NCBI RefSeq assembly: GCF_009914755.1
Contig: NC_060930.1
Reading direction: 5' to 3' (one strand)
Origin: the human T2T-CHM13v2.0 reference genome, Homo sapiens
DNA length: 64,000 bases
The first letter of the stretch is position 1, and each line of letters begins with the position of its first letter. Below the pieces are notes generated by a model. It did no database searches, was not told where the DNA came from, and saw only the letters and a list, made by a program, of their open reading frames with translations. The position numbers and the translations under genes were made by a program. Positions 1-17,183 of the stretch are shown piece by piece.

Positions 1-838
1 GTCATCTGGGAAAATATCTGAACCCATGGAGGCTCATAATGAGGGCTCTAACTTGGAAAGGCATCAGGCCAAGCCCAAAGAGAAGATTGAGTATAAATGC
101 TCAGAACGTGAGCAGAGATTCATCCAGCACTTGGACCTGATTGAACATGCGAGTACACACACGGGAAAGAAACTCTGCGAGTCTGATGTGTGTCAGAGTT
201 CCAGTCTTACAGGACATAAGAAAGTCCTCTCTAGAGAGAAAGGTCATCAGTGTCATGAGTGTGGGAAAGCCTTTCAGAGGAGTTCACACCTCGTCAGACA
301 TCAGAAAATCCATCTTGGTGAGAAGCCTTATCAGTGCAATGAGTGTGGCAAAGTCTTTAGCCAGAATGCAGGCCTTTTGGAACATCTCAGAATTCATACT
401 GGAGAGAAACCTTATCTATGTATCCATTGTGGAAAAAATTTTAGGCGCAGCTCTCACCTTAATCGACATCAGAGAATTCACAGTCAGGAGGAGCCCTGTG
501 AGTGCAAGGAGTGTGGAAAAACCTTTAGTCAGGCCTTACTCCTCACCCACCATCAGAGAATCCATAGTCACTCCAAAAGCCATCAATGTAACGAGTGTGG
601 AAAAGCTTTCAGTTTGACCTCAGACCTTATTCGACACCACAGAATTCATACTGGAGAAAAACCTTTCAAGTGTAACATATGCCAGAAAGCCTTCCGACTA
701 AACTCACACCTTGCTCAGCATGTAAGAATCCACAATGAAGAAAAACCCTATCAGTGTAGTGAATGTGGAGAAGCCTTCAGGCAAAGGTCAGGTCTTTTTC
801 AACATCAGAGATATCACCACAAAGACAAACTGGCTTGA
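1..838 (+). CDS. ZSCAN26: Terminal coding exon (5'-partial) of SCAN/C2H2 zinc-finger protein ZSCAN26 (ZNF187/SRE-ZBP)
   Basis: The frame is open from the window start (SSGKISEPMEAHNEG...) to TGA at 836-838. It has seven intact C2H2 fingers with TGEKP-type linkers, preceded by two degenerate fingers. Identity is from the recalled protein sequence and its position upstream of PGBD1. Confidence 0.88.
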   Translation, partial: SSGKISEPMEAHNEGSNLERHQAKPKEKIEYKCSEREQRFIQHLDLIEHASTHTGKKLCESDVCQSSSLTGHKKVLSREKGHQCHECGKAFQRSSHLVRHQKIHLGEKPYQCNECGKVFSQNAGLLEHLRIHTGEKPYLCIHCGKNFRRSSHLNRHQRIHSQEEPCECKECGKTFSQALLLTHHQRIHSHSKSHQCNECGKAFSLTSDLIRHHRIHTGEKPFKCNICQKAFRLNSHLAQHVRIHNEEKPYQCSECGEAFRQRSGLFQHQRYHHKDKLA

Positions 839-1740
839 TGAGGTGTTCTCTCCTTGTAGAACATCAGAGAAGGCACATTGACTAGCAAACAGCACTTTAG
901 GAAAAGTCACCGTAGCCCACTGTGGCATCAGAAAATTCTTGGGGGCTGAGTTGGAGGCTCCCTGCCTCTATTCTCTCTCCTTTGCTTTCCTTGAAGTCAG
1001 CTTTGGACCACAATAATTTCACTGTAGATGATATGCTAGGATCAAAGTTAAACAGCATTCTTCACTGCAGGACATCTCAGAGCATGTAACATAACTGCAT
1101 GATTATATACTCTAAGCAATAGAGAGCTTCATGACTGAGTAAGAGTTTTGAAGTCAGCAGTGAATCAAGTGCCCACAGATTTGCAGGCTTAAGCAGAACA
1201 AGGGAAGATTGATATTTTTGGATATGCTATAGCAGCTTTCTCCTATGAAATAAAACTGATGATGTTTGGAAGTATACTACTCTCAAAGGTGTCTTTAAAG
1301 TACAGGTTAATGGTGAACATTTTCCCCCAGTGGCTTCACCTCATTCCTCCCACTGGCCTTACCCCTTCCTTCCCCAGTGGAAGCATTTTCAAAAGCAAAG
1401 ATAATTTTCGCTGGTGAACTTCAGAACTTGCCTTCAGGGTTAGCTTCATGTAATTTTACCATTTCCCATCCCCATTCCCCACCACATTATGTCAAGATTC
1501 AAGTTATAAATTAACGTTTTACTTAGACTTTGAAAGAGATTTCATGAGTAATTTGAATGAACCTTGCTGAATTAATCTGAATAGCAACTGTCTGACTTGA
1601 TAACTCCAGTGCCAGTATAGTGGCTGCTGCATAGACACTATTCAGTAAATGTCTGATGAAAGAAATTGGACTTTTTCCCTTTAATACTGATGATGCAATT
1701 TTGAAATGTTGCTTGTTCTGGAATACTTCGGAAGTTAAAC

Positions 1741-1746
1741 AATAAA
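1741..1746 (+). terminator. Probable polyadenylation signal (AATAAA) of ZSCAN26
   Basis: AATAAA about 900 nt after the stop codon; a second AATAAA lies at 1249-1254. Confidence 0.5.
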
Positions 1747-2730
1747 GTCAGCTTGGAGAGGAGATCATGATCTTTATACTGTGAATAGCAGAATGTCACA
1801 GATGAAGAATATTAAAATTAGGGGCGTCCACTCCAAAACATATCACCAGAGTGACAACTTCAGCCCTCAGCCTCTGCAATCCATATATATCCTGGTCTTG
1901 GGAGTCCATAGAATACTGTTTCCTTCTAATAAAGGTTTCAAACAAATCCCTGCAGATTTATTTAAAGTGTTTGTGGAAGATAATTTTCCATATAAGCTGT
2001 GCAGTATTCTATGGTATATGTCCCCATTGTTCATCATTTACGTCATTTACAGTTTGATCACCATAAACAATTTTTCAGTGAACATCCTTGTATATACAAC
2101 TTTGCCTACTTACAGAATTTTTTTCTTTGTTCAGTTCCCATAATGAGAATCAATGAGGCAGAAGGTAGGCATATTTTCTAAGGCTTTTGATGCATTTTCC
2201 AGAATGCCCTCCAGAAAAGTTACACTAATTTGTACACCCTGTTAGCAGCCTATGATAATGCCCAATTTTCTATACCCACGTAAACTGGGAATTATTCTTT
2301 TGAATATTTGACAATCTGATGTGTACAAAATGGTTTGCTTTTTTAATAAACCATTTTTTAGAGCAGTTTTAAGTTCTCAGCAAAATTGAGAGGAAGATAC
2401 AAAGATTTCTCATATACCCACTGCTCCCATTCATGTATAGCCTCCCCTATTATCAACATCCCCTCCCAGGGTGACATTTGTTACAATTGATGAACCTACA
2501 TTGACATATTATCACCCAAAGACCATAGTTTACATTAGGGTTCACTCTTGGTATTGTTCATTTTATGGGTCTGGACAAATACATAATATCGTGTCCACCA
2601 TTATAGTTTCACTGCCCTAAAAATCCTCTGTGCCTTACCTATTATTCATCCCTCCCTTTTTCCAGCCCCTAGCAACCACTGACCTTTCTACAGTCTTTAT
2701 AGTTTTGCCTTTTCCAGGATGTCATGTATA

Positions 2731-3366
<636 letters not shown>

Positions 3367-3373
3367 TAGTTGA

Positions 3374-3778
<405 letters not shown>

Positions 3779-5130
3779 GCTTATTTCTTTTTAGCACTGA
3801 ATAATATTCCATTGTCTGCATATACCACAGCAAAAGAAATATCTGTTAAAGGACTGTTATCCAAAATACAGAAAGAACTCTTAAAACTCAGAAATAAGGA
3901 AACAACCCGATTCAAACATGAGCCAAAGACCTTGACAGACACCTCATTAAAGAAGATATACAGATGGAAAATAAGCATATGAAAAGATGCTCCACACCAT
4001 ATCCCATCAGGGAAATTGCAAATTAAAACAACTGTGAGATGCCACTACACATCTATTAGAATGACCAAAATCCAGAACACTGACACATCAAATTCTGGTA
4101 TGGATGTGGAACAACAGGAGCTCTCATTCATTGCTGGTGGGAATGCAAAATGATACAGCCACTTTGGATGACAGTTAGGTAGTTTCGTACAAAATTAAAC
4201 ATACTCTTACCATGTGATACAGCAATCGCCCTCCTTAGTGTTTACCCAAAGGAGCTGAAAACCAGTGTCTACACAGAAGTTTGCACACAGATGTTTATAG
4301 CGGCTTTATTCATAATTGCCAAAACTCAGTAGGTAAATGAATAAATAATGGGTCTGTTTTTTAAAGAGTTTTTTATATTTTTACTATTGAACATCTTTTC
4401 ACATGTTAATTTGTCACTTATCTTGTGTGTAGTAATGTTCATATCCTTTACTAATTTTTCTACTAAAGTCTCCTTTTACTCTTAAACAGAAGTGCCCTTA
4501 AAAATCAAATAGGGAACTTGCATATCAGCATTTTAAATGCACGTGTCCTTTGGCTGATCAGTTCTAATATGTGGCATTTATCCTAGAAATATATTCTTAA
4601 AAGAATGTAAAGGTATTGAATGGTGTTCCCTCTAGCATTGCTTTTAAAGAAAAAATATAACCTAAGTATGCATCAATAGGATAGTTAAGTAAATTATGGA
4701 ACACTCATACAGTATTACTTAGCTGTTAAAGAATAAGCTGATCTGTGAAGATCTCCAAGTTGTCTTAACCGAAAAGAGCTAAGGTGCAAAATTACATTAT
4801 GATACCATAAGTGTTTTAAAATGTATAAATACTTATTCACTAAACAAAATGTTCATTAAGTGCTACTGTGTGGCAGGTAGTGTCCTAGATAAATATGAAC
4901 AAAATACAATGGTTAACTCTAAAGAGGGGACACTTTTCGTTTTATGGTCCTTTTGCAACTTGACTTTTTTATTGTACATATATTATGTATACTTAAAGAA
5001 AATAATTTGTACAGCTTACTATAATGGTCTTTTTATTGATCTGTCTCTCCTACCAGCCAGTGATGACCCCGAAGACAGACATTTACCACTGTGTTGGTTT
5101 TCAATCGAAATGATGTACATAAATTTGGGG

Positions 5131-5680
5131 CGTGCTTGCACCGTCCGAATGGGCCTGGGGTCCGGCGGCGGAGAGTGACCTGGGCGGGGCAGGAGGTGGC
5201 AGCGGGGGTCCTCCCGGCTCACCAGAGAGACGAGCGGCCGTGCTCCTAGAGAGGCAGGGAACCCGCCAGACTCCGCCACTCCGCTGCGGGCGCGGCGCAG
5301 GGAGAAGCTTTTGTACCCGCCCAGCTGCTGGAGGCGCCGGCAGCGCCCGCCAGACCCGCCAGCCCAGCGGCCCGGGCTCTGGGGAAACCGGCGCTCCCGA
5401 CAGGGGAGCACCGGGCCTCTGAGCTCCCTCGGGAGCCTTTCACGAGGTCAGCTACGTCTTTGTTGTGCGCGTTCCTGAACTTTTGGTCCATTAACCAACA
5501 ATTAGACACGCCGGTATTCAGTGCCTGGCGCGGTGCTAGATGCTGGGTGTAATCTCAGAAAAATACATTCAGGGGCGCGCCTGAGGGTGCTGGCTGCTGG
5601 CATCTCAGGTGCTTTACGTGCATTCGTGAAGAAGCCCATCAGTATTTCTTGAATACCAGGTACGTGCCGGGCATGTAGAG
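5131..5680 (+). promoter_or_regulatory. PGBD1: CpG-island promoter and non-coding first exon of PGBD1
   Basis: Dense CpG/GC stretch with a GC box (GGGCGGGG) at 5182-5189 and a donor CCAG|GTACGT at 5659/5660. A possible alternative donor is GAG|GTCAGC at 5446/5447. Confidence 0.8.
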
Positions 5681-6659
5681 TCTATGCAGAGATAAACTCC
5701 TGTCCTCAAGAACCCGGGTGGGGATGGGGTTGGTGATCTGTAATACGAGATGGAGATGAGGGTTGGGTGCAGTTTTCTATGGGAATACCCCATCTCAACC
5801 TGTGTGGCTTACTTTTCCTGTCTATATGTTAGGGTTAGGGGTTGCCAGGGAAGGTTTTACAATAGAACATTTACGCTGGGCCTTGGGAATTTACCCTTAG
5901 AAGGGCGGTCCTGACTGTATAGAGTGGGTGGAAAAAAATTGAGTACTTAGCATGGCAGTGACATAAGAAATTTGGGAAGACCATGGCTTTCTTGAAAGCA
6001 GGAACCAAGTCTTTTATTCCAGAGTTAACTTTATGCCTGGAAAATAATGAGATGCTCCACAAATGTTGATTGAGTGACAAACAAATCAGCAAAACCCAGT
6101 AAAGATTAGATCCTGGGGAGTTTGAATTTACTTCAACGAGTTTAATGAAAACTTTGTGTGTGTTTATGTGTGTGTGAGGTATGTTGAATATGGTCACAAT
6201 TGTGCTTTAGGGAATATTAATCCAGTGACCATAGAAGCGGGGAGTTGGGCAGGAATACCGTAACAGAACATTATTGTAACAGTGAATGAAAATAATAGTA
6301 AAATTATAAGAAGGAAAGAATGGCTGCAAGAGGCGTTTTTAAGAATTGACTCACTGATTGTGTATAGAGGCTGTTTAAAAGACTGAATGCGTGGAAGATG
6401 ATGGTGATGCCAGTAGAAATGGAGAAATACCGAGTGAACGCAGCTTTGAGGGACTCTGATTTCAGTTTGAGATCTGTTGAAATTATAGTGCAGTAGAGGC
6501 CCACAGCTGCTGGCATTTCAAGATGTGGGTTTGGAGTGCAAAAAGCAAGCTGGTGCCAAAGATTTGAGTCTTCTTGGAACAGAGATATATTGAAAGTGTG
6601 ACTAAGGAGATCACAAAGGAAAAAATGAAAAGAGGGAATAAAAGAACTTGATGCATGTC

Positions 6660-7125
6660 TACTGTTTTTCAGTTATGTATTGTTGCATCAAAAATAAAAC
6701 TCTAAACTTAGTGGCTGAAAACAAGCTCAGCTTATTGTTCCTCAGGATTATGCGGGTTGACTAGGCGGTTCTACTGGTCTCACCTGGAGTTACTAATAGA
6801 GCTGCATTCAGGTGGTGAATTATTTGAGCACTAGGCCTGGCTGGGCTTTAACTTGGGCATTTTGGTTCTCATCCACATGACCTCTGTATAGCTAGCTTGG
6901 GCTTCCTTACAGCATGGCAGTCTTATGGCAGTGAGCCAAGAGCTACAGCAGCACTCTCTCTTACAATGTCATTTCTGCTGTATTCCACTGGTCAAAGCAA
7001 GTCATAGGCCAGAACAGATTCAAGGGAAGGAAAAAGAGACTCCACCCCTTGAATGACAACAGTGGCAAAATCTCATCACAAAAGGTATTTGAGAATGGGA
7101 GACTTTGGAAACATTCTGTTACACC
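6660..7125 (-). mobile_element. Old MaLR LTR (MLT1-type)
   Basis: MLT1-like motifs (ggtcaaagcaagtcataggcc...cagattcaaggg...actccacc); boundaries approximate. Confidence 0.55.
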
Positions 7126-7554
7126 TACATTTAAAGTGGAATATTCAATGAGAGTTACACAGATATAGAAGACCTTTGAGACTGTATTATTTGTCCATGA
7201 AGGCAGCCATCTGCCTCCTCAATGGGTAAATTATCCCCTCTCCCCAGCTGAAGTGCAAGCTACTCGAGCTTTCTTATTGCTAACACTTCTTCCCTCATGT
7301 CCTACATCCCTTACCTTTGGACTCAGGCCCTTTAGTACTAGTTCAAAATATACTTCTGATTCATTTCACTGATAATAGAAGCAAGCAGGCTCAGCTTTTG
7401 AGCATTACCTACAGTGGGGACAAAAATGTAAGTAGGTTACATACAGTTTTGAAGCTCTTATAATTTGCATGTTGCTGATAAATTCTTATGCCTCAGATCT
7501 CTATTTCTGAATATAGACCCCAAGCTAAGTGAAGCTTTAGCCTCTAAGCTCAAC

Positions 7555-7950
7555 ATGTATGAAGCTTTGCCAGGCCCTGCTCCTGAAAATGAAGATGGCC
7601 TTGTGAAAGTGAAGGAGGAAGATCCCACCTGGGAGCAGGTGTGCAACTCACAGGAGGGCAGCTCCCACACTCAGGAGATTTGCCGCCTGCGCTTTCGGCA
7701 CTTCTGCTACCAGGAGGCTCACGGACCCCAGGAAGCTCTGGCCCAACTCCGAGAACTTTGTCATCAATGGCTGAGACCGGAGATGCACACCAAGGAACAG
7801 ATAATGGAACTGCTGGTGCTGGAGCAGTTCCTGACCATCCTGCCCAAGGAGCTCCAGCCCTGTGTGAAGACATATCCTCTGGAGAGTGGAGAGGAGGCAG
7901 TGACAGTGCTGGAGAATCTAGAGACAGGAAGTGGAGACACAGGACAACAG
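7555..7950 (+). CDS. PGBD1: PGBD1 exon 2 (start codon, SCAN domain); full CDS join(7555..7950,9291..9447,10820..10908,20555..20684,21624..21720,24453..26013) = 2430 nt, 809 aa
   Basis: Acceptor atatag| at 7516, ATG at 7555, SCAN motif [36 protein letters not shown]...LEQFLTILP and donor CAG|GTGGGA. All six coding exons join in frame across GT-AG introns. Confidence 0.95.
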
Positions 7951-8280
7951 GTGGGAAGAGAATGTGTGTGGTGATGTGGGAGAAGAAAAGGGGGACATGT
8001 ATCGGTTTATTTTTAACGTTTTATTTTGAAATAACTCCTAATTTATAGAAGTATTAGAAGAATAGAGAACTCCCGTAAAACTCTTCATCCAAATTTGCCA
8101 GTTGTTAACATTTGTTTGATGAAGTCCCATTGTTGTGTACACACTCGTACAAGGAAGTGCATTCCCCCCCCCAAGATGCATATGTATATGTATACACACA
8201 CATACATACACATATGCAGTATTTTTTTTTCCTGAATCTATTTGAGAGTCAGTTGCAAACACTATATCCCTTTACCTCAC

Positions 8281-8559
8281 TGTTGACCAGGCTGGAGTGC
8301 AGTGGTACGATCATAGCATCATTGCAGCCTTGAACTGCAATGGTGGAAGGCTCAAGCAATCCTCCCACCTCAGGCTCCTGAGTAGATGGGACTACAGGTG
8401 CATGCCACCATGCCTGGCTAATTTATTTTTAATTTTTTGTAGCGGGGGTGGGGTCTCACTATATTGCCCAGGCTGATCTTGAACTCCTGGCCTCAAGTGA
8501 TCATGCTGCCTTGGCCTCCCAAAGTGTTGGGATTACAGGCATGAGCCACTGCACCTGGC
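8281..8559 (-). mobile_element. Alu (J-like) inside an old L1M fragment (~8000-9130)
   Basis: Reverse Alu consensus with L1M 3' UTR-like flanks. Confidence 0.85.
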
Positions 8560-9290
8560 TATTCGGTGTGTATTTCTGAAGAGTGAGGATATTCTCTTGT
8601 ATCACAAGAATACAAAAATCAAGTTTAGGGAAATTAAACTTACGATACTATCATATAACCTTAGTCCTTATTCATATTTTGCCATGTTATCCTAATAATG
8701 TTCTTTATGATAATTTTCCTGTGATTCAGGATACAAGCCAGCATCACATATTGCACTTAGTTGCCATATCTCTAGTCTGTGAATCTGGAGTAGCTGCTGT
8801 CTTTGTCATGACGTTGTTATTCTTGAAGAGTACAGCTAGTTTTTTTGGAGACTATCCCTCAATTTGAGTTTGTCCTATATTTTCTCATGATTCAGGCTGC
8901 ACATTTTGGCTAGAATACCACAGAGGTAATGTTGTGTTCTCAGTGCGTTACTTCAGGAGGTGCGTAGTGATGATTTGTCCCATTACTGATGAGGTTATGG
9001 TGGTACCTGTCAATTTTCTCCACTAGAAAGTTACCATTTTCCCCTTTGTAATTACTAAGTAATCTGTGGGAGACATTTTGAGGTGGTGTACATATCCTGT
9101 TCCTCATTAAATTTTCACCAGCTAGTTTAAACATCCACTTGTTTGTTGTTTTTGTTTTTCTGGGCTGGGATCCTTTGCCTGTCTTTTCTGCCTTGTTTGC
9201 TGCTGTATCCCCAGCATGTAGAACAGTGCCAGGCTCTTAGCATGCAGTCCATATATGCATGCCCTTTCAAAATAAATCTTTTGTTTCCAG

Positions 9291-9447
9291 GCCTCTGTCT
9301 ATATTCAGGGACAGGACATGCACCCAATGGTGGCAGAATATCAAGGAGTCTCTTTGGAGTGTCAGAGCCTCCAGCTCCTGCCTGGGATAACCACCCTGAA
9401 GTGTGAACCTCCACAGCGTCCTCAAGGGAACCCCCAAGAAGTGAGTG
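9291..9447 (+). CDS. PGBD1: PGBD1 exon 3
   Basis: tttccag|GCC...GTGAGTG|gtgagt; encodes ASVYIQGQDMHPMV...PQEVS. Confidence 0.9.
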
Positions 9448-10819
9448 GTGAGTGCTCGAGTGAGTTTAGTGAGGACGCTGGGAGCTGGCCACTGACACTT
9501 GCACAGCCTTCTTGACCTCAAGTTTGTATACATTGTGAAATGATTACCACAAGCTAACTTACATATCTCACAGTTACCTTTTATGTGTCTGTGGTAAGAA
9601 TTCCTAAGATCTACTCTCATGAAATTTCAAGTATACAATATATTATTATTACTAACTATAGTCAGCATTCTGTACGTAGGTCTTCAGAGCTTATTCATCT
9701 TATAACTGCAAGTTTATACCCTGTGACCAACATCAAGTTTTATTTTTTTGTCTAACCCTGTATCTGAACAAACTTGTAAAGACCTGCTTTATTTTACACT
9801 GTGCATTTTAAGCTGGTTTATTTAGTATGTATGTGTTGTGGACAAGTACATATAATAGTAAAAGTGAATCGGGGCAAGGCTGTTTTTTTCCAGCAAACTT
9901 TATTCCTTCTAGAAATGCAACAACAGCAATAAAAACATTCCATAGTGATCCATTATGGAAGCAAAGAAAAGCAGAGCAAAGAAAAGTGATGTTCTGTTTT
10001 ATATTTTTGGGTTAGAATTACCACATGTGCTCTTCATTTGATAATTTTGTACTCTGCCATCTGCCAACTGCCAACTTTGTGACCTAGGCAAGTCATTTAA
10101 TAGGTTATTCAGTTAATCAACAATTATCTGTTTGATCTCTGTGTGTACTCTGCACTCAGCTGTGATTCTTCTGAATGTGCCTAGGATTTTGGAGGCAATA
10201 ATTTGGACCTTCTTGATTATTTTGAGGATTGGAAATAATCTTTTAAAGTAACAGCACAGTGGCTGGCCTTGTGCAGTCATCATCACCATTTTGATTATTG
10301 TTGGTTCTTTGGGATCAGTACCTCCTAACAGTTTTTCTAGTTCATGGCTAACATCTCTTCTCTATTTTTTTAAATATCTTTATTTTCCTGTCTCTCTCTC
10401 CATCTTCCTTTCTTCTGCTTTCCTGTTTCCCCTCAGTCTCATCTCTCTACTCTCTACATCCTTTCTTTTGCCTCTGTGTTCTCTCCTTGATCCTTCCTTT
10501 ATCACCAGCTTCTTCCTCCCCTTTATTTTTGTCTATGATTTTTATTTTTTCTTTATGTGAAAGTGCATGACTGTAAAGCACCTTATGAGTTCATAAATCC
10601 CACTCCATTTTTTGGGTGAGAGACCCTAAAGTTGTAGAATTTTAGAATTTCTGACAGAATGAAAGCAGTTGTGATGCTCTTTCTCACACTGTAAAATCTA
10701 CGTCTTAGTTCTTGAATGTTTAACAAACATAACATTTGGGGGAAAAGGCTGGGTCTCCAAAAAGGGTACCCTAAAGGCCATCATGTCTCATTTAGGACTC
10801 TTGCCCTCTCTCTCTGCAG

Positions 10820-10908
10820 GGCCTGTTCCCCACGGATCAGCTCATCTCCAGGAAAAAAACCCCAGAGACAAGGCTGTAGTGCCTGTGTTTAACCCAGTCA
10901 GGTCCCAG
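10820..10908 (+). CDS. PGBD1: PGBD1 exon 4
   Basis: ctctctgcag|GG...TCCCAG|gtaagt; encodes GPVPHGSAHLQEKNPRDKAVVPVFNPVRSQ. Confidence 0.9.
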
Positions 10909-12313
10909 GTAAGTAGGATGCCCAAGCTTGTAGGAATATCAGTAGTGGTCCTTCTCCCTCATTCCATGTTCCTTGCCCTTCTCTTGGCTCACACTCATCA
11001 TCCTGAGAGCCATTCAGGTGGCATAGTCCCTCTGCCTTCACCTTGTCACAGAATATCACAAAGTGTGTTGCATCATTCGAGGAGCTTGTATTGATTATAT
11101 GCCATTGCCTCATTTCATTGTTCAGGAGGCACGTCCAAATCTCAAGGCATGGGAGTGAGGGGTGGAGTGAGGCTCCTGGTTTCAGAAAGTGCTCCACTCA
11201 TTTGATGTTGAGTAACTGATATTTTCTCCTTTGAAGTCTCTGGTTTATCTCCCCAGCTTTAGAATAAGGGCCCTTTCTCACACTACTTTATATTCAGCAT
11301 GTATGCAATTAATGCTTGGTGATAATAATGGAAATTCTATATATCTAAGGTAATACTTAACATCTTCTTCACAAAATGGACTCTGGTTTTTTTTCTTATT
11401 AGTGGTTCATTCATTTTCCTAGTCATTTATTTACAAAAAAAAAATAACTCTCTCATTTAAGTCCTCTTGCATACTGCTGCCACATCAGTTTCCTCAAGAC
11501 ACTTGCTCAGTCCTCTTCTATGGCTTCTAATTAATTTTTAATTCTATCAGACCCAGTGCCTCCTGTTATTAACAAATACTTCCTGATAAGAAGTATCTAG
11601 AAAATAAAACCTACTCATGCACATTCTGAAAATCAACATAATTCCCTTAAATGTAATTTAATGGTATAATGTAGAAACAAAAAAGTTATTTATTTTAAAA
11701 GTAGTGTTTCAGAATGCAAGTGCTTGATGTGATTATAACTAGGGAAATAACAACGTAGTCAGGTGTTTGCACTGAAATATAATTAGTAAGTTCAAATTAA
11801 GGAGGAATAAGAAGACCAGAAGCCCAAGAAAATCAAAGAGCAATGGTATAGGTGGACAGTGAAATGAAACTAGTATTGAGTCAGATAATACAAGACTAGA
11901 CAGAGAAAGTGGGGCCCTTAATTGAAGTAAGGCTTAGATGTTGTAAATTGAATTATGTCCCTCCAAAAGATATATGAAAATCCTAACCCCACGTACCTGT
12001 GAATGTGACCTGATTTGGAAACAGGCTCTGTCTTAGTCCATTTTGTGTTGCTAATAACAGAATTCCTGAGACTGGGTAATTTATTTTAAAAAGAGGTTTA
12101 TTTAGCTCAAAGTTCTACAACCTGGGAAGTCCAAGATCATCAGCCTATCTGGTTAGGATCTCATGCTGCTTTAGCTCATGGCAGAAAGTGGAATGATGGA
12201 TAATCAAGTGTGTGCAAGGAGACCACACATTAGAGGCAGCCATCCTTTAAACAGTCTGCTCTTGGAGCTGAGCAAGAGCAAGAATAGAAAGCTTATTCAA
12301 AGAAATAACAATA

Positions 12314-12760
<447 letters not shown>

Positions 12761-12769
12761 ATTTTAAAA

Positions 12770-16427
<3,658 letters not shown>

Positions 16428-16616
16428 TGTGGTGAGCCCTTAATCTAATGACTCATATTCTTATAAGAAGTCCATATTTGCAAATTGACCAAGGGGTTGA
16501 AAAAAAAGAAAGAAAAATGCCCAAGTGAAAACACACACAGGGAGAATGCCATGTGATCACTGAGGCAAAGATTTGTATAACACATCTGCAAGCCGAGGAA
16601 CACCAAGAATTGCTGA

Positions 16617-16979
<363 letters not shown>

Positions 16980-17183
16980 TCCCATAGAGCTTTCAAAGAT
17001 AACATGGCCCTACTGATATCTTGATTTTGGATTTCTAGCCTCCAGAGCCATGAGATAATACAATTCTGTTGTTTTCCACTATTGAGGTTGTGGTACTTTG
17101 TTACAAGAGCCATAGGAAAGCAATATAAGTTACAAAACAAATTATGGACTGATAAAGGGAGAAAATAAGGAGGTATGATATTA

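Noticed and set aside
141-617. 158-aa alternative-frame ORF over the ZSCAN26 fingers (also 49830-50291, 50292-50513 and antisense 50270-50668 over ZSCAN31)
   Set aside because: Shifted and antisense frames of C2H2 arrays are often stop-poor (repeating LERN/SVGK patterns). There is no independent coding evidence, and only the last 30 codons of 49830-50291 are informative, as the fossil finger.
5019-5509. GC-rich ORFs across the PGBD1 CpG island (and 36568-37164 across the orphan island)
   Set aside because: Stop-poor because of GC content, with no recognisable domain.
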